Assembly (NCBI GenBank): GCA_963709905.1
Contig: CAVPYI010000018.1
Span: 350,214-414,213 of the forward strand
Direction of reading: 5' to 3'
Source: an uncultured Gemmatimonadales bacterium
GTDB taxonomy: Bacteria > Gemmatimonadota > Gemmatimonadetes > Gemmatimonadales > GWC2-71-9
DNA: 64,000 bases
The notes under the pieces are model-generated. The model did not search any database and was not told the origin of the DNA. It saw only the letters and a list, made by a program, of their open reading frames with translations. A program made the position numbers and the translations under genes. Positions within the stretch are counted from its first letter, which is position 1, and each line of letters starts with the position of its first letter. This document shows positions 47,706-56,793 of the stretch, piece after piece.

Positions 47706-50156
47706 TCACTCCGCCCGGAGCGCCACCACCGGGTCCACTGCCGCAGCCCGGCGCGCGGGGAGCCAGCTGGCCAGGACCGCCACCGCGCCGAACACCGCGA
47801 CGGCGCCGCCGAAGGCGGCCGGATCGACCGGCGAAAGCCCGTAGAGGAACTGCCGGACGAGCACCGCCAGCGGCAACGCCAGCGCAACGCCGACTCCGAG
47901 CCCGATCGCAACCAGTCGCAGGGCGTCGCGCACGACCAGCCGAATGACCTCGCCATGCCGCGCGCCAAGGGCGACGCGAATGCCGATCTCCCGCACCCGC
48001 TGGCTCACTCCGAACGCCACCACGCCGGCCACACCCAGGCTCGCGAGGACCAGGCCCAACAGTCCGAACAGTCCGAGGACCACGCCAGCTATGCGCGCCG
48101 GGAGCAGTGACAGGTCGATGTGGCCGTCCAGCGTGCTCACCCCCTCCACCGGCAGGCTGGGGTCCAGCCCGCGGATTATTGCTTTCACCGGCCCGGCCAG
48201 GGCCGCCGGCTCGATCGAGCTCCGCGCCACCAGGGTGACGCTGTTCTCGGGCACCTGCCCCAGCGGCCGGTAGAAGTACGGTTTCGGATCCTCGTACAGC
48301 GACTGGTATTTGCTGTCGCGGGCGACACCCACCACCTCGAGAAACGGACCCTCCGGCCCACTGAGGCTGAGACGCCTCCCCAAGCCGTTCGATTCCGGCC
48401 AGTACCGCCTCACAAAGCTCTCGTTGACCATCACGACGCCGGGGGTGCCCTCGCGGTCGGCGGCCGTGAAGGCGCGCCCCCTGGCGAGGGGCAACTCCAT
48501 GACCTCGAAGAATCCGTCGCTCACGGTATTGGAGAGAATCTCCATGTCCTCGCCGGTGGTCTCCCGGTATCCCTCGACGGTGATGCCCTGCCGCCCGCCG
48601 TCGAAGGACAACGGCAGGACCGAGGCGAAGGCCACCGCCTCGACACCGGCGACGGCCTGCACCCGCTCGCGCAGATCGGCCTGGAACTGGCGCGCCCGGT
48701 CGGCGGAGTAGCGATTGAGCCCCAGGTCCAGCGCCACGATCAGCGCCCGGCGGGCACCGAACCCCGGATCGATGGCCATCGCCTCCCTCAGGCTGCGCAG
48801 GAACAGGCCCGCACCGACGAGCAGGACCAGCGACAGCCCGACCTGCAGCACCACGAAGGCGTTCCGAGCTCGTGAGCGGCGACTGCCACCGGCAGGCGCC
48901 GCGTCCTTGAGGACCGGCGCCAGCGAGAGCCGCGAGGCCTGCAGCGCCGGGGCGATCCCGACCAGGGCACCGGCCAGGACCGCGAGCAGAGCCACGAACA
49001 GGAACACCCGGAAGTCGGGATGGATGTCGAGCGCGATCGGCACCGGCAACGGGGGGCGATACTGGGAGGCGAGGGCGGCCATCCAAGTGGCGAGCGCGAG
49101 ACCCGCGAGGCCACCGACCGCGCCCAGCACCACATTTTCCACCAGCACCTGGCGCACCATCCGGGATCGGCTGGCCCCGAGGGCGAGGCGGACCGCGAAT
49201 TCACGCCCCCGGGCACTGGCGCGGGCCATGACCAGATTGGCGAGGTTGGCACACGTGATCAGCAGGACGATGCCCACAACCACGGCGAACAACGCCCCCA
49301 CTCCCAGGACCTGACCGCTGATCATCGGCAGCACCCGGATCCGGGATTCGGGCAGCACGGTGAGCGTGCGGCCGGTCCCCTGGATGTTCTCCCAGCGGTC
49401 GGGGTACTCCTCGAACATCCGCGCCGCCAGCACCGTGGCCTCGGCCTGCGCCCCGTCGACCGAGGCGCCGCGGCGGAGTCGGCCATACAGCAACGTGCCG
49501 CGGTCGCCTCGCGAGGTGAGGGCGTCGCTGCCCGGCCGCAGGATGGGGTCGGTCGCGAACGGCACCCAGGCTCCTTCCGTGACGCCGCGCAGCAGCCCGG
49601 AGTAGCCTGCTCGGGCCACGCCGACGACCGTGAACGGCGCCCCGCCGAGCCGCACCGGCCGGCCAATGATCGCCGGGTCGCCGCCGAAGGCGCTGGTCCA
49701 CAGCGCATGGCTCAACACCACGGACGGGGCGCCGCCAGGCTGGATCTCGTCCGGGGTGAAGCCACGCCCGACCTGCTGAGGAACCCGCAGGACCCCGAAA
49801 TAGTCGCCCGCCACGATCCCGACCAGGATCCGTCGGCTGTCAGTTCCGTCGCCACCTACCGAGGTGGGGTGTAGCGACATACCGGTGAGTCCCTCGAGTG
49901 ACGGCAGCCCCTGCGCCAGATCGAGGTAGTCGGGATGGGACGAGGTTCCGTAGCGGCCGTGACTGTAATCGGCGGTGTAGACCGCCACCAGCCGGTTGGG
50001 TTCAGGGACCGGGAGGGGCTGGAGGAACAACGTATTGAGCAGCGTGGCCACGAGGGCATTGCCGGCGATACCCAGTCCGAGCGTCACCGCGGCCACGAGC
50101 GTGAAACCCGGGCTCCGCACGAGTTGGCGCAATGCGTATCGGAAATCCTGCAGCAT
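47706..50156 (-). CDS. ABC permease, ADOP family, paralog 8 of 8 (first permease after ATPase 1)
   Basis: 816 aa. [37 protein letters not shown].. and C-terminus ARRAAAVDPVVALRAE. Confidence 0.9.
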   Translation of the reverse strand: MLQDFRYALRQLVRSPGFTLVAAVTLGLGIAGNALVATLLNTLFLQPLPVPEPNRLVAVYTADYSHGRYGTSSHPDYLDLAQGLPSLEGLTGMSLHPTSVGGDGTDSRRILVGIVAGDYFGVLRVPQQVGRGFTPDEIQPGGAPSVVLSHALWTSAFGGDPAIIGRPVRLGGAPFTVVGVARAGYSGLLRGVTEGAWVPFATDPILRPGSDALTSRGDRGTLLYGRLRRGASVDGAQAEATVLAARMFEEYPDRWENIQGTGRTLTVLPESRIRVLPMISGQVLGVGALFAVVVGIVLLITCANLANLVMARASARGREFAVRLALGASRSRMVRQVLVENVVLGAVGGLAGLALATWMAALASQYRPPLPVPIALDIHPDFRVFLFVALLAVLAGALVGIAPALQASRLSLAPVLKDAAPAGGSRRSRARNAFVVLQVGLSLVLLVGAGLFLRSLREAMAIDPGFGARRALIVALDLGLNRYSADRARQFQADLRERVQAVAGVEAVAFASVLPLSFDGGRQGITVEGYRETTGEDMEILSNTVSDGFFEVMELPLARGRAFTAADREGTPGVVMVNESFVRRYWPESNGLGRRLSLSGPEGPFLEVVGVARDSKYQSLYEDPKPYFYRPLGQVPENSVTLVARSSIEPAALAGPVKAIIRGLDPSLPVEGVSTLDGHIDLSLLPARIAGVVLGLFGLLGLVLASLGVAGVVAFGVSQRVREIGIRVALGARHGEVIRLVVRDALRLVAIGLGVGVALALPLAVLVRQFLYGLSPVDPAAFGGAVAVFGAVAVLASWLPARRAAAVDPVVALRAE

Positions 50157-50210
50157 GGATGCCCCCGAAACCGCGTGGCCGGTCCGCCTACTCGAACCGG
50201 AGATGCTCCA

Positions 50211-50924
50211 TCAGACCCCTGCCGCCTCGGCCACCCGGTCTTCAACCACCCGCCCGTCGAAGAGGTGGATCGCCCGATCTGCGTGCCTCGCGTAGCGGGG
50301 ATCGTGGGTCACCATGCAGATGGTGGAGCCGGCCCGGTGCAGCTCCTGCAGCAGGTCCATCACCGCTTCGCCGTTGGTCGAATCGAGATTTCCAGTCGGC
50401 TCGTCGGCCAGCAGGATGAGCGGCTCCCCCGCGACGGCCCGGGCCACCGCGACCCGCTGCTGCTGGCCGCCCGAGAGCTGCGAGGGGTAGTGTTTGACGC
50501 GGTGGGACATCCCGACCCGCTCCAGGGCCGACATCACCCGTTGTTTCCGATCGGCGGCGGGCAGACCACGGTAGGTGAGCGGCAATTCGACGTTCTCGTA
50601 CACCGTGAGATCGCCGATGAGGTTGAAGGCCTGGAAGATGAATCCGATCTCGCGGTTGCGGATCCGGGCTCGCTCGGAAGCGGACAGCTGGGCGACCGGC
50701 TTGCCGTCCAGGTAGTACTCGCCACCGGTCGGAGTGTCGAGCAAGCCGAGCAGCGAGAGCAGTGTCGTCTTGCCGCAGCCGGACGGGCCGGCGATGGCAA
50801 CGTACTCCCCCTTGCGGATCTCCAGGTGCACCTCGGACAGGGCGTGAGTCTCAACCTCGTCGGTGTAGAACACCTTCTTGATCCCGTCGAGTCGGATGAG
50901 AATGTTGCCGTTCGTCGTGGTCAT
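50211..50924 (-). CDS. ABC transporter ATP-binding protein (MacB/LolD-type), copy 1
   Basis: 237 aa. Walker A GPSGCGKTT, signature LSGGQQQRVAVARA, Walker [15 protein letters not shown]-loop MVTHD. Confidence 0.93.
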   Translation of the reverse strand: MTTTNGNILIRLDGIKKVFYTDEVETHALSEVHLEIRKGEYVAIAGPSGCGKTTLLSLLGLLDTPTGGEYYLDGKPVAQLSASERARIRNREIGFIFQAFNLIGDLTVYENVELPLTYRGLPAADRKQRVMSALERVGMSHRVKHYPSQLSGGQQQRVAVARAVAGEPLILLADEPTGNLDSTNGEAVMDLLQELHRAGSTICMVTHDPRYARHADRAIHLFDGRVVEDRVAEAAGV

Positions 50925-50958
50925 GCGGGCTCCGGTGAAGGTGGTCGTTCCTGGTTGA

Positions 50959-51054
50959 CTAATGGCTAATGGCTAATGGCGATTTGCCATTGGCCGTTGG
51001 CCGTTGGCCGTTCTTCGATGCTGGGCCCTGGGCCCTGGGCCCTGGGCCCTGGGC
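50959..51054. repeat. heptamer hairpin (CTAATGG x3 / loop / GCCATTG-GCCGTTG x3, 50959-51013) followed by quasi-palindromic (CTGGGCC)x5 (51021-51054)
   Basis: Direct reading, in the adaptor|ATPase gap. On the + strand the first element folds as a ~22-bp stem with 5 G-T(U) pairs and no mismatches. Confidence 0.85.
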
Positions 51055-51055
51055 A

Positions 51056-52300
51056 CTATTTAAGTCGCACCCGCTCCACCCCGTCCCAGCGCGACATGTC
51101 GGACAGGATCACCACGTCGCCCTTTTCCAGACCCTGCAGAATCTCGATCGCGTTCACCGAGCTCCGGCCCAGGGCGACCCGAACCCGCTCGGCGTCACGG
51201 CTGCCGTTCACCAGCCGGAACAGCCCGACCGTGGAATTGGCCTGTCCGTAGGCCGGCCGGCCGACGTGGAGCACGTTGTCGAGTCGTTCGATCTCGATGG
51301 TACCGTCCACGCTCAGGTCGGGTCGGGCACCCTTGGGAAGCGGTTCGGTAAACGTGACGTCCACCGTGACCGTGCCGTTCTGGGACGAGGGGTCGATCCG
51401 GATGACGCGTCCCGCGACTATTCCGTTTCGGGTGTCGATGGCGGCACCCTGCCCAATGGCCACGTCTCTCGCCTGGGTCTCCGGGATCCGCAACACCGCC
51501 TTGAGCTTCTCGGGCTGTACCACCTTGGCGAGCGTGACCCCCGAGATCGCCCACTGGCCCACCTCGAGCGGCAGCTCCTGCAACACGCCGCTGGCGCCGG
51601 CCCGGACCACCATGGCGTCCACCATCGAACGCTGGAAATCGGCTACCGCCTTGAGGCGGCGGACCTGGGTCTCCTGGACCTCGAGCTGGGGCGCAATGTT
51701 CTCGGTGTAGATTTGTAGTCGCTGCTGCTCCACCTTGAGCCGCTCGGTGTATTCTTCCGCCCGATCCCGCGACCCGGCGTATTCGGACGTAGAGATCAGG
51801 TTCTGGGCCGCCAGATCAGAATCGGCCGCAGCCTTCCGCAACGCCTCGCGGTACTGGGACCGGACTGTCGCCAGCACCCCCGCCTGATTGAGGCGCTGGG
51901 TCTCGAGCGTGGTCTTGAGCGAGACCAGCTGAGCCTGCGACTCGGTGAGCTCACGTTCCGCCTGCAGGCGCTGGATCTGGACGTCGGGGTTGCTGAGCTC
52001 GAGTAACACCGTCGCGGCCGTGACCCGCTCCCCCGGCTGAACCAGCTTCCGCTCCACCCGCCCGGGAACCACCGCGGAGACCCACCGGATCTGCTCGGGG
52101 ACCAGGCTCCCAGGGCCCCGAACCTCGCGCAGCATCTGGCCCTGACGGACGGTGTCCATCCAGAGGGTGCCCTCCTCAACGCTCGGCGCCGCCGGCTTGA
52201 GCCGCGACAATCCGATGGTCAGCAGCACCACCCCGGCCAGTCCGCCACCTATATAGAGGAAGCGCCGACGATTCGGCTTCCGTTCGCGCGCGATGTCCAA
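51056..52300 (-). CDS. periplasmic adaptor (HlyD/MacA-type membrane fusion protein)
   Basis: ORF-track 51056-52384 (TTG start). I prefer TTG 52300, giving MDIARERKPNRRRFLYIGGGLAGVVLLTIGLSRLKPAAPSVEEGTLWMDTVRQGQM, a typical N-terminus for this adaptor class. A coiled-coil segment (QIQRLQAERELTESQAQLVSLKTTLE) and beta-barrel C-terminus follow. Confidence 0.85.
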   Translation of the reverse strand: MDIARERKPNRRRFLYIGGGLAGVVLLTIGLSRLKPAAPSVEEGTLWMDTVRQGQMLREVRGPGSLVPEQIRWVSAVVPGRVERKLVQPGERVTAATVLLELSNPDVQIQRLQAERELTESQAQLVSLKTTLETQRLNQAGVLATVRSQYREALRKAAADSDLAAQNLISTSEYAGSRDRAEEYTERLKVEQQRLQIYTENIAPQLEVQETQVRRLKAVADFQRSMVDAMVVRAGASGVLQELPLEVGQWAISGVTLAKVVQPEKLKAVLRIPETQARDVAIGQGAAIDTRNGIVAGRVIRIDPSSQNGTVTVDVTFTEPLPKGARPDLSVDGTIEIERLDNVLHVGRPAYGQANSTVGLFRLVNGSRDAERVRVALGRSSVNAIEILQGLEKGDVVILSDMSRWDGVERVRLK

Positions 52301-53009
52301 CTGGAGCCCTCCAGGAGAGGCTGCCCATACGGTGCGCCCAGCAGCAGCACTGCTTTGACCGCCGATGATCGACTTTGGATGCAAGGCTTACGGAATCGCT
52401 ACTTGGTAAGATCCATGCCGCCGGTAGGCTCCCGCCCGAACCCACAACCACAGGTCTCTCAAGGACTTCCGGGCCGGCGTTCCAGCGCCGAAACGCGACG
52501 GTTGTCCGATTCCGGGATTGCGGGTGCCGCAACCGGACGCCCTGCAACATACGCGAGGTCGTCCTATGAGAGCGATTGTCAAGAGCGCACCCAGCCGTTT
52601 GGCGACTCCGAATCCGCGTGGCCGCTGGCAGCACTACAGTGCCGGGCGCAGCATGGTTCTATCGGACTCGTTCCCCGGCCGGCCTGACGCTTCTTCGGAT
52701 CTGGCGAAGGAGCCTGGAGTTAGGCGAGTGCATCGGCGGCACTGCTGACCCTGGCCGACGTCCTGCAGGGACTCCCCCCCCGCCGGTTGCCGGGGATTCG
52801 GAGCCACGGACGAGGGGACCGTCCCGCGGCGGCGCGCTCGAACCGCCCGCCCAATGGCGCTTGCCGAGTCACCTGGATCGGATCGTACCTTGCTCCCCTC
52901 TTCCACGGCCGCAGCGGGAGGGCGGCGACCTTGCAGGTGCCCGCTTCGGCCATTGGTGGTCCCCATACTCAAGGTGCACCGGCATTGAGATCGATTCCGT
53001 GATGACTCC

Positions 53010-53038
53010 TTGACAGGCGTGGTACGGGACCGTAAGAG
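53010..53038 (+). promoter_or_regulatory. candidate sigma-70-type promoter for the riboswitch leader
   Basis: TTGACA (53010-53015), a 17-nt spacer, then TAAGAG (53033-53038). The predicted start lies ~10-20 nt before the aptamer. An 8-bp palindrome GGTGCACC sits ~30 nt upstream (52973-52980). Confidence 0.35.
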
Positions 53039-53057
53039 TGACATTCAAGAAGAGCTT

Positions 53058-53195
53058 TCACCTGGTGAGAAGAGGCAAAACCCGGCGAAAGTCGGGTGAC
53101 GCAAAGCCACGGGTCCTCGCCTCCTCCGCGACGCCTGACGCCGACGCCACGAAGGTCCCGCACGATCGCCGGGCTGCCAACAGGTAGCTCGGCGT
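53058..53195 (+). ncRNA. c-di-GMP-I (GEMM-I)-like riboswitch aptamer; boundaries approximate
   Basis: 53074-53108 reads GGCAAAACCCGGCGAAAGTCGGGTGACGCAAAGCC. That is GGCAAA, a 7-bp stem ACCCGGC/GTCGGGT capped by a GAAA tetraloop, then GACGCAAAGCC, matching the hallmark 5' half of Vc2-type GEMM-I. A 3' AGGTAGC element lies at 53182-53188. Confidence 0.7.
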
Positions 53196-53500
53196 TCGTG
53201 TTGCTGGCGGGGTGGCCAATTCACCCGCAGCACTCAAGCCTCCGTGCTGGCAAACGCGGGAGGTGTCGATGTGCAATCGGCCTGCCGCTTCCGGGCATCT
53301 CCGCTGGCGCCGCAGTCCGGGTGATTCACCTCGTTACCCTGGCGTCGCTGGTGGCATGCGGCGAGAGCTCCGCCCCCAAGCGACTGTGCCTTCGCTTGAG
53401 ACACTACTCGGTGAGCCGGAGCTACACCATCCCCCTGTACCGGCCTGCAGGCTTATCGTTCGACCAGCGCCTCGTCACCCCATAACAACGGGAGGAGGCC

Positions 53501-55183
53501 ATGCGGCCCGATCGCGTTTTCTCCTCGCGCTCCATTCTCCTCATCACCTTCCATCGTTGCTGGCGCCTGGTGCTCGGCGGCCTATTTCTGTACCTCTTCG
53601 CCGCGGCCTGCGGCGGGGGCGATGCCGCGCTCGGCCCGACCAGCTACAACCTCTCCGGCCTGTGGTACTTCGAAGAGACCTTCGCCGACAATGCCGTAGG
53701 GCTCACCTGCAGCGATACAGGAAGGCTGGTCGTAACTCAGAGCGGCCCGACGTTCAGTGCCGCCGGGTTCCAGGAGGGCATGTGCAGCGGGCCCGGGGGG
53801 ACGGTACCGGTTGCGGACAGCTTCCGTATGGTGAACGGTCGGATTGACGGTGCTCGAATCTCCTTCCGCGTTGATCCCTGTCCGTACTCCGGAACGGCCA
53901 TCGGTGCCGCTCCCGACAGCGTCGCCGGAAGCATCGATTGCCGAGTGAGCATCGAGGACGTGAGCCTCCACCTCCAGGGGACGTGGCGGATGCGGCGCCC
54001 ACTGCCACCGCCACCACCACCGATCATCGCGTTGCTCGACCTGAGCCCGCTGGATCTCACAACGGGAAACTTTCAGAGCCCGGGTGTGGCCTTCAATGAC
54101 CAGGGAATGATCCTCGTCGTCTACGACAAAGATCGAGCACTGATCTCCAAGTTCTCCGATGGGAGCACGACGCCGCCCGCCTGGCAGACGCCCGGCATAG
54201 GAGCCGCGAACTACTGGCCAGCCGCACCCGATCACCAGCTGGTAATGAATGCATCGGGTGCCGCGGGACTGGTCTACAAGGTCAGCTCGGATCAGCTGAA
54301 TGAGGACCGGAACCGGTTCGGATTCGCCTATTTCGACGGCGCCGCGTGGCGCTACAATCAAACGCTCGAGGGCGCGATACAGCACCCCTTTTCCGTTGGC
54401 GACATTCGCACGCCCATCGTCGGCATCGACAACAATGGAACGGCGTATGTCGCGTTCAAGAAGGTGGCAAACGGTGCCCCAATCGATGTGCTGGTCCTCG
54501 CCCGGTTCACGGTGGCAGGGTTGCTGGACACGACCGAGTTTTCGGAACCGGTGGGGAATCTGTATCTGTCCGTGAGCGCCAGCGGTCAGGTCATGGTGCT
54601 CAACACCGGCGCCGGATCCAGGACCTTCGATGGCACATCGTGGAGCCCGCTGAAACCCGTGACGGTGCCGGGCGAGGGGCCCGCATTCCTGGCCCTCTCG
54701 AGTTCAGGCAGCGCGGAGGTGGTTACCCTCTACAACGCGATCACGCATTACCACTATGACGGGGCATCCTGGGGACCGGGCGTGCGAATCAACGGCAGCT
54801 TCAGTGCGGGCAACGGAGCCGCCGCAGTCGACGGTGCCGGAAACATCATGGTGGCCTACATGGGACCATCCGGCGGCCCGGAATACCATATTCAGGCCAA
54901 TCTCTACGATGGTACGTCGTGGGGTCCTCCAAAAGACGTCGACAATACGGCTGAGTATGAAGCGAACCCCGCGCTGCTGGTCGATGGCATCGGGAACTTC
55001 GTGGCGCTGTACGGTAGCTACGCAAACTATTTTGCTGGTGCGTCCTGGCACACGCCGACTGTCCTTGAAGGGCAACCCGGCGTCCTGTATCCCGCCGTCG
55101 CCATGAAGGACGATGGGGATTTTGTGGTTATCTCCCCTGCGGGAGGTGGCTTGTACAGCTTTCTCTACACGTTTTCCCCCTGA
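53501..55183 (+). CDS. secreted/lipoprotein of unknown function (560 aa)
   Basis: GGGAGGAGG lies 2 nt before the ATG (GGAGG core 5-6 nt upstream). Leader LVLGGLFLYLFAAACGGG, a poly-Pro linker (RRPLPPPPPPII), then a beta-rich domain with recurring DG.SW/GASW motifs. Confidence 0.6.
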   Translation: MRPDRVFSSRSILLITFHRCWRLVLGGLFLYLFAAACGGGDAALGPTSYNLSGLWYFEETFADNAVGLTCSDTGRLVVTQSGPTFSAAGFQEGMCSGPGGTVPVADSFRMVNGRIDGARISFRVDPCPYSGTAIGAAPDSVAGSIDCRVSIEDVSLHLQGTWRMRRPLPPPPPPIIALLDLSPLDLTTGNFQSPGVAFNDQGMILVVYDKDRALISKFSDGSTTPPAWQTPGIGAANYWPAAPDHQLVMNASGAAGLVYKVSSDQLNEDRNRFGFAYFDGAAWRYNQTLEGAIQHPFSVGDIRTPIVGIDNNGTAYVAFKKVANGAPIDVLVLARFTVAGLLDTTEFSEPVGNLYLSVSASGQVMVLNTGAGSRTFDGTSWSPLKPVTVPGEGPAFLALSSSGSAEVVTLYNAITHYHYDGASWGPGVRINGSFSAGNGAAAVDGAGNIMVAYMGPSGGPEYHIQANLYDGTSWGPPKDVDNTAEYEANPALLVDGIGNFVALYGSYANYFAGASWHTPTVLEGQPGVLYPAVAMKDDGDFVVISPAGGGLYSFLYTFSP

Positions 55184-55722
55184 GCGCGTTCCTCACTCAG
55201 AACGGGCCCGACGTTCGGGCAACTGTCCGCAACCGTGTGCCTCACCGGCTGCGAGGTCTGGAGGACGGGCTACATCAACCGCGCATGGCTGCTCCTCTGG
55301 CCCCAGGAGTTGTAAATCGGGCACCGGGCCAGTGGTCCAACGGCTTCGTGTTCAGCCTCGTCGAATGGGCCACCGCCCCGCGGACAGCCGCAGCCAGCTG
55401 CCGATTGTAGTCGAAGACGTCTTGTGCGTCCTAACGCACATCAACGTGCGACGGCTCTGCTGAAGGGAGCCCGCGGCCGATCGTCACCCTGTCCGGGATC
55501 CCGAGATCCAGCCAGGACGCGGCCATCAGTTGTCCAAGGGCCCGCACCACCAGCCGCGGTGGGTGAATAGGCACGCCGCGGACACCCCAGAGCCCTGACC
55601 TGTGTCCGGGAACTGGGTTACGTCGTCCCCATGCCCTGAGTACCTTGGGTTGGCCGGCCCCGGGTATGTCTGCCCGCCGTTGATCACCGACAGCAAACAA
55701 ACTCCGACGGACCGTCTCACCG

Positions 55723-56793
55723 ATGCGCATCGGACCCGTAGCCGCGCTGGTGCTCGCCATTCCCGCGGCCTGCATGCACTCGGATCCCTTTCCGATCGAT
55801 CCTCCGGTCGCCGACGGGCCGTTCGACCCCAGCCCGCCGATCCGGCTCACGTACAACGCTGGGCAGGACCTCGCCCCAGGCTGGCGCACCGGGAACGCCG
55901 GCCTGCTGTACTCGTTCCAGACCGGCCAGAGCGATCGCGATCTCTGCCTCGGAGTGCTCCCGGAAGGCGGGGGCGCACGGATCCTCGAGAAGTGCTCGCT
56001 CGGCGACCCGGCTCGCGCATCGCGCGACGCTCTGACTGAACCGTCCGAAAGCCCGGCCGGCCGTCTGGCCTGGCTCGAGACCCACCACCCGATCTCACTC
56101 TACACACCGCTCCGCACGGTGCTCAGGCTCGGCACTTTCGCGCGGGCGGATACCGGGGCGGTGCTCCGCGAGTTGCCCTACCTTGCCCCGAGTGGTGAGA
56201 CCTATTCGGTGGTCTCGCACGTCGGCTGGCTCGGACCCGACACCCTGGTCCTCATCGGCGCCGACCTCAGTTACACCCAGCCGCCGGGCTGTCCCTCCTG
56301 CCCGATCGATACCCTGATCGTCGATCCGGAGATCGTCCTGTTCGACCTCACCACGAGCCCCGTTACCGAACTCAATCTCCCCGGAACCCTCCAGGCGACC
56401 TCGGTCTGGCCCGCCGCCGATCGGACCGCCCTGTTCTACACCATGACCGGCGACAGCCGGGTGTTCCGGTTGACCCTGATCGGCGGCGCCGTGACGGTCG
56501 CACATGATTTCGGGACGGGACGAGTCGCGCGCGACGCCCAGGTGCGCGGCAACCAGCTCTGGGCCGTGGTCGACGGGCAGGTGAGCGGCGCGGTCGACCG
56601 CGGGGGACGCCTGACCGTCGTCGATCTCTCCACCGGGCAGGAGACCCTGCTCCCCGAGGCGGCGTACTTCTACAAGCGTCTGGCCGTGGCGCCGTCGGGG
56701 AGTCGGGTCGTGGCCGAGGGCTACGATGCCATCATCGCCGGTCCCGATACGACCGTGGGAACGGTGGCCGACCTGTGGCAGGTCGACCAGTGA
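55723..56793 (+). CDS. probable lipoprotein, beta-propeller-like (TolB-like repeats)
   Basis: 356 aa with leader MRIGPVAALVLAIPAACMHS. The stop overlaps the GTG of the following TonB-dependent receptor gene (GTGA). Confidence 0.55.
   Translation: MRIGPVAALVLAIPAACMHSDPFPIDPPVADGPFDPSPPIRLTYNAGQDLAPGWRTGNAGLLYSFQTGQSDRDLCLGVLPEGGGARILEKCSLGDPARASRDALTEPSESPAGRLAWLETHHPISLYTPLRTVLRLGTFARADTGAVLRELPYLAPSGETYSVVSHVGWLGPDTLVLIGADLSYTQPPGCPSCPIDTLIVDPEIVLFDLTTSPVTELNLPGTLQATSVWPAADRTALFYTMTGDSRVFRLTLIGGAVTVAHDFGTGRVARDAQVRGNQLWAVVDGQVSGAVDRGGRLTVVDLSTGQETLLPEAAYFYKRLAVAPSGSRVVAEGYDAIIAGPDTTVGTVADLWQVDQ

Noticed and set aside
50959-51013. Strand-specific RNA structure inferred from G-U-only imperfections (perfect stem on the + strand, A-C mismatches on the transcribed minus strand)
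   Set aside because: The five wobble pairs derive from just two variable positions of the heptamer unit, copied by tandem duplication. That amounts to two independent observations, which is not statistically meaningful.
52529-52543. Second sigma-54 promoter candidate upstream of the adaptor gene (minus strand AGGGCG-TCCGG-TTGC)
   Set aside because: GG and TTGC are correctly spaced, but the -24 element matches only 3/6 and the site lies 145-230 nt from the possible starts. It is too weak to report as a feature without a calibrated matrix scan.
55184-55722. 540-nt gap with minus ORF 55431-55889; checked for a gene or transposase remnant
   Set aside because: No convincing motif, start context or repeat structure was found. 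It is left unannotated rather than calling a feature I cannot support.
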